This document shows, piece by piece, positions 1-11,303 of a DNA stretch of 64,000 nucleotides. The stretch lies in the NCBI GenBank assembly GCA_053919585.1, contig CM132788.1; one strand, written 5' to 3'. The stretch is from Euprymna scolopes (lineage: Eukaryota). Below the pieces are notes generated by a model, which was given only the letters and a program-made list of their open reading frames with translations, was not told where the DNA came from and ran no database searches. Each line of letters begins with the position of its first letter. The first letter of the stretch is position 1. A program made the translations under genes and the position numbers.

Positions 1-818
1 TGGAGACTACTCTCCATTAAAAAAAAACAGAAAACGGAGGGGATGTAAGGATGCTTTATCGGCAATTCTCGTTACTCTTGCTTCCTCTTATTTGTCCCTT
101 AGTCCTCATTTCCAATGAGTGATGTTTCTGACAAAGTGTGAAGAAAAAGCTGCTCTCGAGGACGACTGAGATGTCGGAAATTTTCTGTTCCTATGGCCAT
201 GTCACTAGTAAGGGTGCTGGAGGTTTCATTTGGGCTGACGTTATCCAAACCTTGGATTAACGACTAAGGAGGCCGTCCTATCAGCTGGTGCAAAATACTG
301 GGGCTGCTGTATTGGCATTTGGTGAATGGACCCTGGACTATTCTAGTGGGGCCTCTTGATGCCATACTAGTGGGTAATTGTTATGGCCACAAAAAAATGA
401 AAATAAATCCTCTTTTTCTCTTATACTTTCCCTTCTCTGTCCTGCTCTAACCAAGTCTGTCGACCTGTTCCACAAATCCCAATCCTCAACATGAAATACC
501 TACAGAAAAATAACACGTGTAAACCTAGAACCCCATCCTCTAACATAGACTCCTACTCCCATGTCTCCTTCTCCAACATCAGGGGTCTATGTTCTAACCT
601 TCCAAGGGTTGAAACCTAATTACAGAAGACAAAGCCAGACATATTTTTCCTAAGCGAAACTGGCATAAGGCCCTAGAAGAATTCATAATTAAAGGATACT
701 CTAACTTTACATCTACATCTGACCCCTAAGATCGCCATGGACATGAAATATGTGCTTACATTAAAGATGGCTTCTTTGTGGTAGGGATATCTCCAGAGAA
801 GACCCTAATTTACCTTAT

Positions 819-1796
819 ATGTGCTTCCGAGTTGCACTTGCTTCCACTACTGCATTTATATTTGCTCTTTATCATCCTCGCAATAGCGGATATCTGAAAA
901 AATTGACCACATCCTGTCTGCTCACCCACTTCAATGTCCACAATGTCACCCACTCTGACAAGTCGGAAAGTCAGAAAAAATACACTAGCCAGTTCCATAG
1001 TGTTAAAACAGAAGAATGGACCAACCATAAACGGGCAAAATACCTACCGACTGAACTATCCCAAGAATATATTGATAGGGATGGTTCCCTGGACTGGCTC
1101 AAAAGAGGATCCCTCCATTACGACCAAGAGAGTTTGATATTGGCTGCACAAGACCAGGGCCTCATGACAAACGCCTTCAAAAAGATGTGTGGTCTAAGCA
1201 ACAATAATAAATGCAGGTTCTGTAGCACTGAGGTTGAAAGTGTGGGCCACCTGATTTCTGGTTGCAAAGTCCTACTTGGAGACGGTTATTATACAGATCG
1301 CCATAACGGAGTTTGCAAATACCTTCACTGGAAGATATGTAAGAAACTCAACATTCAGTGTAGTAAAAACTCCTGGGAACATATACCCGAACGAACAGTT
1401 GGGAATGACAACTACACTATTCACTATGACTACATAATCCCTACTGCTACATATCTTGAAAACGCAGCTGTTAAACCAGATATAGTAATTTGGGACAGAG
1501 CAAACAAAAAAGCGACCGTAATAGAGGTCAGTGTACCCAATGATACAGGGCTTAACAGAGTTGAGAGGGAAAAGATAACAAAGTATCAAGGACTTATGTA
1601 TGATATGAAACGAAATTGGAAATTAAAAGACGTTTCAATTATACCAGTCATCATAGGAGCAACTGGGCTTATGAAAAAGAACTTTAAAAAGTACATAGCA
1701 AGCATACCCGGTGAACCAAGTGCAAGTGAAATACAAATGATTGCACTGAAAGGGACGGCTAGAATCCTGAAAAGATCTCTTGGTTGGACTCACTAA
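819..1796 (+). CDS. C-terminal part of an RLE-LINE protein (CCHC zinc finger plus PD-(D/E)xK restriction-like endonuclease); first ~48 aa derive from the host LINE APE
   Basis: CRFC-x7-HLISGC zinc knuckle, RHNGV motif, KPDIVIWD...VIEVSVP...EKITKY nuclease motifs. RT domain absent because of 5' truncation. Confidence 0.85.
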   Translation: MCFRVALASTTAFIFALYHPRNSGYLKKLTTSCLLTHFNVHNVTHSDKSESQKKYTSQFHSVKTEEWTNHKRAKYLPTELSQEYIDRDGSLDWLKRGSLHYDQESLILAAQDQGLMTNAFKKMCGLSNNNKCRFCSTEVESVGHLISGCKVLLGDGYYTDRHNGVCKYLHWKICKKLNIQCSKNSWEHIPERTVGNDNYTIHYDYIIPTATYLENAAVKPDIVIWDRANKKATVIEVSVPNDTGLNRVEREKITKYQGLMYDMKRNWKLKDVSIIPVIIGATGLMKKNFKKYIASIPGEPSASEIQMIALKGTARILKRSLGWTH

Positions 1797-1874
1797 AATA
1801 GGGGTAAATGTCAGACATCTGGTTGGATGTCCCATCCCCTAGAAGAAAAAGTTTAAGAAAAATGAAAAAAAAAA
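963..1874 (+). mobile_element. 5'-truncated non-LTR retrotransposon with restriction-like endonuclease (R4/Dong-like clade)
   Basis: Open frame to stop at 1796, short 3' UTR with GACATC-tggttg-GATGTC stem-loop, then A-tail. ACAAG flanks both sides (958-962 and 1875-1879) as a putative TSD. The host LINE reads through once the insert is removed. Confidence 0.85.
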
Positions 1875-3839
1875 ACAAGGCAGATGATAGGGGGAGGTTC
1901 TGTTATGATTTTGCCATTGCCTAACCTCGCCCAGATTGTTCACAAAACCACCTGAGTGCCCGATATTTCCGGTCAGTATGCTAGCTTTCTAAACCTTTTT
2001 CTCACAAGCTATGTTCAAGTTCCATTCTATCTCCTCTGGGATATTCCGACCACTCGTTGTATCAACTGATACAACGAGTGGTCGGAATATCCCAGATAAA
2101 AACGAAATGCAATGTCTTCAGATGTATCTCTCCACCGTACTTTATATCGATACTCTTACCGCTGACTAGGATAGATTCTGTACACTTATATCCGATCTGC
2201 CCCTGCATTCAATGTTTAAAAAGGATGTATAGTATCAGACCTGACCATAGTATCAGACCTGACCGATTCAGACCATCCAAAAAAATCCAACAAAAACAGC
2301 CAGAATGTGCTGCTGTCATCGTGCGCAGAAATCACTTTTTCCATAGCTACAAATGTAATAGACGCACTGAGACTAAAGCTGCAAAAGAGTAATAAAAAAT
2401 GCAAGAGAGCTATATGCTCAGTCCGTTAAATCCAAATGCTTGATTACCACCAATTTTGGCAAATAAGGATCCTGAGCATCTACAATCAAACTCCTATCGT
2501 GCATTCTATCCCAACCATCATCAATGGTCATCTCATAAGGAACACATAAGGCCAAACTATTTGCGTATTTCCTCCTATAACAGACAAACACGCTCTGCAA
2601 CATACAAATATCTGTGCATGAGGTTGCCAAACTAACCAAGAACCTTTATTCCAGTAAAGCAACTGGTCCTGACGGGGGCAAGTTCTGATTGAAGCTTTTT
2701 CAGCAGAAAAGGTTTGCCTCCATACTTACAAAACTCTTTAAGCGTTGCCTTTCCCACCCTGGAAAACCTCATCAGTATTTAAGAATTCAGATGATAAGCC
2801 ATCTCCCTCTCAGTAGAGACCAATAAGTCTCCTGGATGAGTAAGCTGCTGGAATCCATATTAAATAGAGTAGTCAACCACCTCAGCAGAAATAACCTTCT
2901 TAGTATGGTTTCCATTCTGCCAGATCTAGAGCAGAAATCAGAGGTCCTCAATATCAATGCTAGAGTCCCTGCTATACATCAATTATCTTCCAAAACACCT
3001 ACTTAAATCAATCGTTGACATCTATGCTGATGACATGACCATCTAATGGCAACACATAGCCGTAAATGACAAACTTCTCTCAGAATCTCTCTCCTCTGGT
3101 CTTGAGCGTGTGGTACAGTGGGGGAAGAGGTGGCTTTTAATGCATCTAAAATCAGGCTCCTATCTTTACATCACCAACACTCTGATCCCCATCTGGCATC
3201 AATTGAAATGGGTGGCTCTCGACTAGGGGAAGCTTCTGGGCTTGACGCAAATGAAACACGTACATCAAGTCAGTTGCCAAGGTTGCTGGAAAACTGGTAG
3301 GATCCTTCTACCACTCCAGATATCTCACTCCTGATGCAATTCTCTATCTGTATAAAAGCCAAGTACGTCCGAGGATGGAGTACTGCTGCCACATCTCGGC
3401 AGGAGCTGCTAAAAACAGCCTATCAGAGTACAAAATAGGCTTTGTGGCCCTTTTCTCTTCCCTGCAACCTCTCTCTCACAGGAGACACGTTGACAGCATG
3501 GCAGGTGTTCGTCTGAACTCCAATCTTTCACGATAAACACCCGCCTAGGCGCACTGAGACTAAACCACTGTCAAAATTTTCCCCCACTCCTTATCTGTGC
3601 CAAAATCAAAACGTAGATTCCATGAACAAAGCTTCTTTCTTAAAAGTGCACGCCTGTGTTCTGGTTAACCTGGATGTCTTCAAATCCAATGTAAACAAAT
3701 TCCTGTCCTGTAATCAAATCCAATGTAAACAAATTCCTGATGAACCGCCCCCTTAAATAAGACACTTTATAAAATCTCCAACACTAATGTGCTGTACACA
3801 CATTATCCTCGAGTGGCTTCTCTATTCATATGTGGTAAG

Positions 3840-4225
3840 AAAAGTCCCTTCTGGTTTATTAGTTGTAAAATGTCCTGGAAATGTCTGTTTTGGTGGATTT
3901 GTTATAAAATTCTCTGGAATTTGACCTGGAACGGTCCCTTGTGTTTGATTGATTGTGTACTGGACTGGAAAGGTCCCTTTTGTGTGATTGATTGTAAAAT
4001 GTCCTCGAAATGTCCCTTAAAAAATTTAGGTTAAGTAGTTGTAAAATGCCCTGGAAATGTCCCTTCTGGTTTATTGATTGTAAAATGCCATTAAAATGTC
4101 TCTTCTGGTTTAATGATTTTAAAATGCCTTGGAAATGTCTAGTTGATTAGTTGTAAAATGAATCGAAAGGTCTGTTTTTGGTTAATTGATTTAAAACGTC
4201 CTAGAAAGGTAATTTTCTGGTTGAT
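3840..4225 (+). repeat. Degenerate ~40-bp minisatellite (gtcccttctggtt(g/t)attgattgtaaaatg(t/c)cctggaaat)
   Basis: About 9 diverged copies. Shorter remnants of the same motif occur at ~23700-23850 and ~41540-41660. Confidence 0.7.
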
Positions 4226-4419
4226 TCTCCCACACGCCTCACATTTCAGACCAATTTGGCACCTCAGCTTCTTGCACATTCCCTTACTTGCTCATACCTT
4301 CATGATTTTCCAGATTTTCTCATCCATTTCACATTTTTTTCAAGGTGGACCTCAAACAATCCTTGAACCTTATTTTAGGCTTTTGAGCAGAACGCCTTCC
4401 CCTGGCAAGCTCATCATAA

Positions 4420-4766
4420 AGGAGTTGTTTAGGAAGTCGACTGTCTGACATGACCACTCCATCTCAGTCTATATTTGATAATAAGATTCTCCATAGGCAT
4501 ATCTGGTGAAACCGCTCGAGACGTCTCAAACGCTTCCTGTATGTTGTCCAGGCATAGAGAAGAGCAAAGAGAACACATGCGGCATAGACCTTGTAGTTGG
4601 TAGTGAGATTCCACGACAGCTCCACAAACTTTCCAAAAGCATCACTTGCCTTGCTGATTCGTAATGATACCTCGTCATCCAGGGAACCAGTTATACTTAG
4701 TGTGCTACCCAGGTATACAAACTTAATGACAACCACTATCTTGGTTCATATTATGATGGTTCATAT
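4420..4766 (-). mobile_element. RTE-clade LINE, 3' part (host of the copia insertion)
   Basis: FVYLGSTLS...LDDEVSLRISKASDAFGK, LERFHQICLWRIL and RLRWSGHV are RTE RT C-terminal motifs. Confidence 0.8.
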
Positions 4767-5026
4767 TGTTGAAAATGAGTGGAAGTCATTTAATAAAAAT
4801 GTGTGGACACATACCTCATCACTGGAGCCTGCGATATCCAGAAAGGTTTTAAAAATTACTATGAACACATTTTGTTTGACGAAATACTAAGACGCACACA
4901 ATGTGTGTGTATTTTATTTACAACATGGAGAACCGAAGAGTTACAATAAAAGGGGAGAGAATCCCCACAGTAAAAGGGTTTTGGAAAGGGGCAGATAACC
5001 CTATAGCAATTGAATATATATCAACA
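4767..5026 (-). repeat. 3' LTR of copia element
   Basis: TGTTGAAAATG...ATCAACA on +, preceded on the minus strand by PPT TTGAGGAGGAG (5027-5037). Confidence 0.95.
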
Positions 5027-5160
5027 CTCCTCCTCAATTGCTGACAGTCTGCATTATAGTTTATGGAGTCCCAAAAGTTCCCTGAGCCTTACAAACTGTG
5101 CTTCCAAGTCCTTTAGTTAGCAGGTCGGCTACCATCTCTTTACTTGGACAGTATTCATGC

Positions 5161-5946
5161 TTAACAGTTTCCCGCTCGACCAGTTCTCGAACATAGTGGA
5201 ACTTTATGTCCACATGTTTGGCCCTTCCATGATACTGTGGACTCCTTGCCATACATATGGTTGACTGGTATATATATAAGGGTTGGTGTTACTGGAGATC
5301 CAAGCAAGGCACTTTGAAGATTTTGCATCCAAACAGCCTCCTGTGCTGTACTTGCCAATGCCATGTACTCAGCTTCGGCTGTTGATAGAGCAACACAGGT
5401 TTGCCTTTTGCTTCTCCAGCTGACTGCCGCACCACTCAGCTTAAAAACATATCCAGATGTTGATCTGCGATCATCCAAATTACCAGCCCAGTCAGCATCG
5501 GAGTACCCCAGGAGATTGGTGGCTTTCTTCTTGTCATAAAGTAAACCATATCCTTGTGTACTGTTTAAGTACTGGAGGATATGTTTCACAGCCTTCCAGT
5601 ATTCCATTGTAGGTTGAGAGCAGAATCTCGAAACATTTCCAACGGCATGAGCAATATCCGGTCGTGTCCTTGTCGACAGGTACAATAGGCTCCCAACTGC
5701 AGACTGATACAACTCTTTGTTGACCAGTTTACTTGTTTCCATTGCCTTCATCAATTTTGTTCCGGGATCAATTGGAGTAGACACAGGTTTGGAATTCTCC
5801 ATCTGGAACTTTCTCAAGACATCTGCTGTGTATGTAGGCTGTCCAATCCATATTTTTCCTGCTTCGGGATAAATAATCTTCACACCCAAAAAATGGTGTA
5901 GTTTTCCCAAATCTTTTATTTTGAAAATCTTTGATATCGCTTTCAT
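5161..5946 (-). pseudogene. Copia RT C-terminus and RNase H (frameshifted near its end, continues to ~5061)
   Basis: YQSAVGSLLYLSTRTRPDI, GYSDADWAG, RRSTSGYVF, ALSTAEAEY; next frame KHVDIKFH...ADLLTKGL. Confidence 0.93.
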
Positions 5947-7754
5947 GAAATTTCAATAAGACTTGTGGATTTATATGCCACAATGATGTCATCAACATAA
6001 ACAGCTGTTATGAAAATGTCTCCTCCTGAAGATTTTATGTAGATGCAAAGATCACTTTCCAACTGTTTGAAGTCCATCTTCTTCAGCTGACCATGCAGTG
6101 CATCATTCCAACATCTTGGGGACTGCTTCAATTTACAGACAAGATGTTCCTTGCCTTTAACTTTGAAACCCTCTGGCTGCCTCATGTAGATTTCCTCCTT
6201 CAGCTCTCCATTCAGGAAAGCAGTGGCTATGTCCAATTGATGCAGCTTCAGATCATGCTGTGCTGCTAGTGCAATAACTGTTCGCACCGATTCAAATCTC
6301 ACAACTGGGCAAAAAATCTCGTCATAATCGATTCCTTGCTTCTGAAGAAAACCTTGAGCTACAAGTCGAGCTTTATAGTGTTCCATATTACCATCAGCAT
6401 CGTATTTTCGCTTGAACACCCACTTGCTACCAATAGTTTTTCGTCCACTGGTCAATTCCGTCAGATCCCATACTGTATTAGAATGTAAGGAAGAAATTTC
6501 GTTATGCATTGCCTTCAACCATTCATTCTTTTCAGGACCAGAAAGTGCTTCCTTCATGGTCAATTGGTCATTTAAGTTATGAGCCATGTAAACCCATTCG
6601 CCATACGGATCTGGGGTTTTCTTTAGCCTTGATGATCTTCGGGGTCCTGTTAGCTCTTGTGGGTTGTCTTCATCATCGGAGCTATCTTGGTGTCCAATTT
6701 CTACCAGAGATGGATTTACAATTTCTTCTTTCTCCTGTTCAGCTATTGAACCTGATTCATTGAAGATGACATCTCTGCTATGGAACACTCTGGATTTTCT
6801 GGTATCAAAGAGTCGATACCCTTTTATACCAATCCCGTAACCAAGGAATTTGCACTTCTTTACTTTTGAGTCCATTTTGAATCTTTCATCCTTCGGTACA
6901 TGGACAAAAGCATCACATCCAAAAATGCGTAGGTGTTCCACATTAGGCTTACGTCTCTTCAGCACTTCATATGGTGTCATACCTTCTACTGCATTTGTTG
7001 GGCTCCGATTTCTAATATACAAAGCTGTTGATAATGCCTCAGCCCAAAATTTCTTAGGCAGCTTAGAATCCGATGGCATTGATCGAACAATCTCCACCAA
7101 TGTTCGGTTCATCCTCTCTGCAACACCATTTTGTTCTGGCGTTTTTGGAACAGTATACTCGTGCTTAATCCCCTCCTTCTTCAGGTAGTTTTCAAATTCT
7201 TTTGAAGTATACTCTCCTCCATTGTCGATTCGTAAAACCTTTATAATTTTACCAGTGAACTTTTCCACCATAGTTTTCCATTCACTGAATTTTTGGGAGA
7301 CATCTCGTTTGTTTTTGAGCACATATATCCACACAAATCTGGATTTGTCATTAATGAACGTGATAAAATATTCGGCACCACCAAGCGATTTTGCCTCTAT
7401 CCTTCCACAAACATCGCTATGCACAATTTCAAGAAGCTGAGTTGCTCGCTTTCCTTCAGATTTTGGAAACGATGAACGATGATGTTTTCCATCCAAGCAA
7501 GGCTCACAAAACTTAATTTCCTTGTTTATATTATAGTCAAGGCCAGTAACTAGTTGGTCCTTTACTAGTTTTTGCAAGTTCTTTTCTCCAAGGTGGCCAA
7601 AGCGTCTATGACAAATCTCCTCCTTTGTGTTACCATCTAAACAGGAGTTTGCTGCATGGGTTGATTCATTTATATCAGAACAGTTTAAATAATAAAGGTT
7701 CCCAATTTTGGAACCTGTAGCCACCACCTTTTGCTTGTTATCTAAAATTGACAA
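5943..7754 (-). pseudogene. Copia integrase and RT N-terminus
   Basis: HRRFGH...CEPC (HHCC), HSDV, DNGGEY, PEQNGVAER, YKARLVAQG, AFLNG, YVDD. Confidence 0.95.
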
Positions 7755-7760
7755 TTTGAG

Positions 7761-8252
7761 TCACTGAAGATACAGGTTTTTTCCAGATTTAGTGGCTCTG
7801 GACACACTCAAAAGATTGTAGGACAATTTAGGAACATATAAGGTCTCATACAACCTGCATTTCTGGTGTTTCCCGTCCGGTACACCCACTTTTAGCTCTA
7901 TTGTTCCTGTTCCTATTGCCTCAACTGAGAATCCATCACCAAGGGTTATTTCCTCAGCTACATCCAATTTTCGAAAGTTAGAAAATTTTTCAATATCACT
8001 ACATATATGACATGTGGCTCCAGAGTCCACAATCCAGTCACTCCTTTTTCCATTAGACAATAATGCATGATGTGTAAAAAGTCCAATACACTCACCACCA
8101 GAGTCGCTGGAGTTGTCCTGTATTTTCTTAGTAAAGAAAACTTTCTTTCTTGGAGGGTTCGACTTAACATTCTTTGTTTCAAGTAAACGGCAGTCACGTT
8201 TAATATGTCCAAAATCCACAGTGAAAACATTTAGGTCCCCGTTTGTTGACAT
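7761..8252 (-). pseudogene. Copia zinc-knuckle end and aspartic protease
   Basis: GHIKRDC, WIVDSGATCH, YNLLSV. Confidence 0.9.
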
Positions 8253-8871
8253 GATGTTTTGATGTCATGGCTTTCAATTCCGTACTGTTAATTTCCCTCT
8301 CTTTAATTTTGCTTTCTTCATGCAACAAGCATTCAGTCACTAACACCCATTTAGGAAAGTCCTGACTTGCTTCAAGTGCTGTTACCAACATATTATAATC
8401 GTCTGGGAGAGTAGCCAGAAGGTGAACAACTCTATCCTCCTCGTCAATGGAATCGCCAATGACAGCCAATTCGTCAAATAATTCCATCATAGTCTTTATG
8501 TGTTCATTGACAGAGTCGCCGTCTTTTAATCTAAGGGAGTATGATTTTCTTCTCAGCACTAGTTTATTTGCCCATGTTTTCTTTTGAAATTGGTCTGCCA
8601 ATTTCTTCCACACAACTGCAGGGTCGTCAGGGTCTTCAATTAAATACAGTAGTGAGGTTTCTACTGAGAGCACAATAGTCGCTAAAGCCCGGTCTCTTCT
8701 CGATAAATATTTCACGTGGGATGCTGGCTCATTTCGTTTGTCCGGAACAATTTCTGTTTCATTAACTATATTCCATAGTCCATCCTTAATTAATGCCATT
8801 TTGCATTGGACCTTCCAGGTATTATAGTTTGAACCATTTAGTGGAACCAAGTTGCTTAGTTTTGTTTCCAT
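8200..8871 (-). pseudogene. Copia Gag
   Basis: LNGSNYNTWK, typical copia gag capsid region, CFHCG start of zinc knuckle. Frameshifted from pol. Confidence 0.9.
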
Positions 8872-8996
8872 TGTTATTTAACTTAAAAGAAAAAAACAAT
8901 ACAAAACTTCGACGACAAGAAAAAAAAAATCCAAGATGGCAAAAAATTACCACACGTGTTTGCTTCACTATTATTTTCAAGACGTTATCACGTAGA

Positions 8997-9010
8997 CTGG
9001 GCCCATAGCC
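8997..9010 (-). promoter_or_regulatory. Primer-binding site GGCTATGGGCCCAG (internal/half tRNA-iMet type)
   Basis: Immediately 3' of the 5' LTR; one mismatch from the Drosophila copia PBS GGTTATGGGCCCAG. Confidence 0.8.
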
Positions 9011-9012
9011 AG

Positions 9013-9272
9013 TGTTGAAAATGAGTGGAAGTCATTTAATAAAAATGTGTGGACACATACCTCATCACCGGAGCCTGCGACATCCAGAAAGGTTTTAAAA
9101 ATTACTATGAACACATTTTGTTTGACGAAATACTAAGACGCACACAATGTTTGTGTATTTTATTTACAACATGGAGAACCGAAGAGTTACAATAAAAGGG
9201 GAGAGAATCCCCACAGTAAAAGGGTTTTGGAAAGGGGCAGATAACCCTATAGCAATTGAATATATATCAACA
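9013..9272 (-). repeat. 5' LTR of copia element
   Basis: Direct repeat of 4767-5026. Confidence 0.95.
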
Positions 9273-9900
9273 CATATTATGGCATGCCTGGCACGGTATA
9301 TATTAAGACAGTTTTTTCTCAGACCATCAGTCCACAATGCGCTGCAGGCAACCGCAAAGGCATCCACAAGATGCTGTATATCAGCCCCCGTATGAGCCAC
9401 CAGATCACAATCATCTGCATAGAGCACGTCGCGAATCATATTGGTCCCCTCATCTTGGGCTTCACAACAAACTTAACCTTTGCACGGTCGGTCCAGCACC
9501 ACGCATGACATAAACACTGCAGATATCCCTCATCTCATGTTTTCTATTAAATGCCATTGTTTAGAACCCATCTCTGAACAAAACTGCAACAACATCAGAG
9601 CATTGCCCACTTCGTGTTTACCCAGCACATCTCAGATTTCAAAATCTCTTCCCACCCTAGCATTAAAATCTCAGAGAATGACGATCTTGTCAGCAGGGGG
9701 AATGCGTCTAACTAAGCTGCATGATGCAAGGTAGAAAGCAAGCTTTTCATCTTCTGTTCTCCATAGTGCGTGCATAGACACTCAACAAGGTTGTATAATA
9801 GTGGGATAGATAGTCATGATCCGGTCACAGGAGAAGTTCTTCCAGGCTTGAAAGAATATATGCCTTTACAGCAAAAGCCAAACCTGATTCCCTCTTACAT
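9273..9900 (-). mobile_element. RTE-clade LINE, upstream part (APE and RT remnants, internally deleted)
   Basis: IRDVLYADDCDLVAHT (RT YADD) and DFNARVG (APE, ~9650-9670). Contiguous with 4420-4766 when the copia is removed. Confidence 0.75.
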
Positions 9901-9999
9901 CCATCTGCTCTATATAATGGCAAGCAATCTATGAAATGCAAGCAACAGTAAACGTAGTCACTAGTTTTGTCCAGATCCCTCGCCACCCTTACTCAAGGA

Positions 10000-10330
10000 A
10001 CGCCTCCATGCGGCTTCGATGACTCTAAGCTGATCCTGTTTGGCCACGTCTTAAAGCGCAGTACCGGACGACCGCAGTTTCTTGTTCCATTGGCCAGTTT
10101 GCTGTAGAGGATATCCTTAGTGAGACGGTCATCGGGCATTCTGCGTAGGTGTCCAAGCCAACTGGATCATCGGATCTTGAGTGTCTGGAACAAGGAGCAG
10201 CTGCCCGGCACGTCTTAGCACCTCTTTGTTGGTGATTCTATCCCACCATGGAGTCTTTTCCCGTGATGAGCACATGGTCCAAGTCTCTGCTCCTTACAGA
10301 ACATAGCATTCGTAGATGGGGAATTTGGTG
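10000..10330 (-). mobile_element. Second RTE-like LINE 3' fragment
   Basis: Minus strand reads LGHLRRMPDDRLTKDILYSKLANGTRNCGRPVLRFK, a typical RTE C-terminus. Confidence 0.75.
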
Positions 10331-10514
10331 ATGACCTTTGGTAGCAATTCGATTTTTTTCAAGAGATAAAAAATCGAATTGCTAGTGATACGACTGTTTT
10401 TTTTTTTTGTAGCCATGTTTTTCAGATTACTTCAGTTCAATACTGAACTAAACTAAATATTTAATACTGAACTAAACTAAATATGTTTTTCTGGCGAGCG
10501 AGCAATTGACCTAT

Positions 10515-11100
10515 AGTGGACATCTGGGGATGCAGTGTTTGTCAATCACGACAAAAACAACCGGTCATCGCGAGGCAGGATTCGGCAAGCGTGATTCCTC
10601 AGTTCTAGGTAGTGTTCCTTGAGCGTGGCTTGCCGCATGAAATCCTTTCAAACTTTGGCTTTCTGCAGCAGCTTGTTCCAAGCATTTATACATAAATGGG
10701 GAGTTCACTTGTGATTCCATTGTGCTTATGCTCCAGCCGGGAATGGCATAGCGGAGCGATGTCAGCATACAGTGAAATGAATAGCGGCTAGAATGCACTG
10801 TCCCATACAAGAGGCTGTCTACTAGTATAACATCACACCTTCACTACACCTGCAAACAGGATTTATGGATATAAAGTAAAGGAGTAAAGGAGACCTGCGT
10901 CCCCAAGATTGGAGATCACATGTGGGTCAAAAGACCGCAAATCGATGTAACATGGTGTGCCTCGCTACGTCTGTGTCCTCGCCCTTGGAGGAAGAGAAAG
11001 ACTCAGACAGTACGATGTCTTCTGAAAGATTATGATGCAGGACGACGGAAAGGATTTTGAACCATATAATGCACATACTGAAGAAATGGAAGAAGGACCA
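10515..11100 (+). pseudogene. Gypsy integrase remnant (retained only in the first array unit)
   Basis: GHLG (HHCC part); ERGLPHEILS...AFIHKWGVHL*FHCAYAPAGNGIAERCQHTVK...YNITP. Confidence 0.8.
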
Positions 11101-11294
11101 CCCCTCTTGCTTTATGAAGGAGTACCCGACCAAGACGGATACTGCCTGGATTGTGAAACATTACCTATGGAACAGACTTGGTGCCAATAACGGTGACAAT
11201 GAGGAAGATGGCAAGGAGAAAGTGCTGTTCCCGGTTCTTTGAAGAAGTACCCGACAGACGACTGCCCCCCTGCCCTGTTTGTGATCATGAGATC

Positions 11295-11303
11295 AGGGGA
11301 GAG
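11295..11303 (+). promoter_or_regulatory. Putative polypurine tract of the array-forming gypsy, followed by LTR start TGTAGCAG
   Basis: AGGGGAGAG then TGTAGCAGAATC downstream of the integrase remnant. An AATAAA follows ~35 nt later. Confidence 0.55.

Larger units (their letters stand above)
545..3740 (+). mobile_element. Decayed APE-RT non-LTR retrotransposon (CR1/L2-like), interrupted by an RLE-type LINE at 963-1874
   Basis: Collinear motif remnants: SFSNIRGLCSNL (~565), PDIFFLSET (~635), FNVHN (~930), LAQIVHK (~1926), SDH (~2045), ATGPDG (~2660), YADD (~3024), YLYKSQVRPRMEYCCHI (~3345). Many stops and short deletions. Confidence 0.8.
4767..9272 (-). mobile_element. Full-length Ty1/copia LTR retrotransposon (Drosophila copia/Hemivirus-like priming), frameshifted
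   Basis: 260-bp TG...CA LTRs at 4767-5026 and 9013-9272 with about 3 differences by eye. TSD CATAT at 4762-4766 and 9273-9277. PBS and PPT present. Gag-PR-IN-RT-RH order. Confidence 0.97.
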
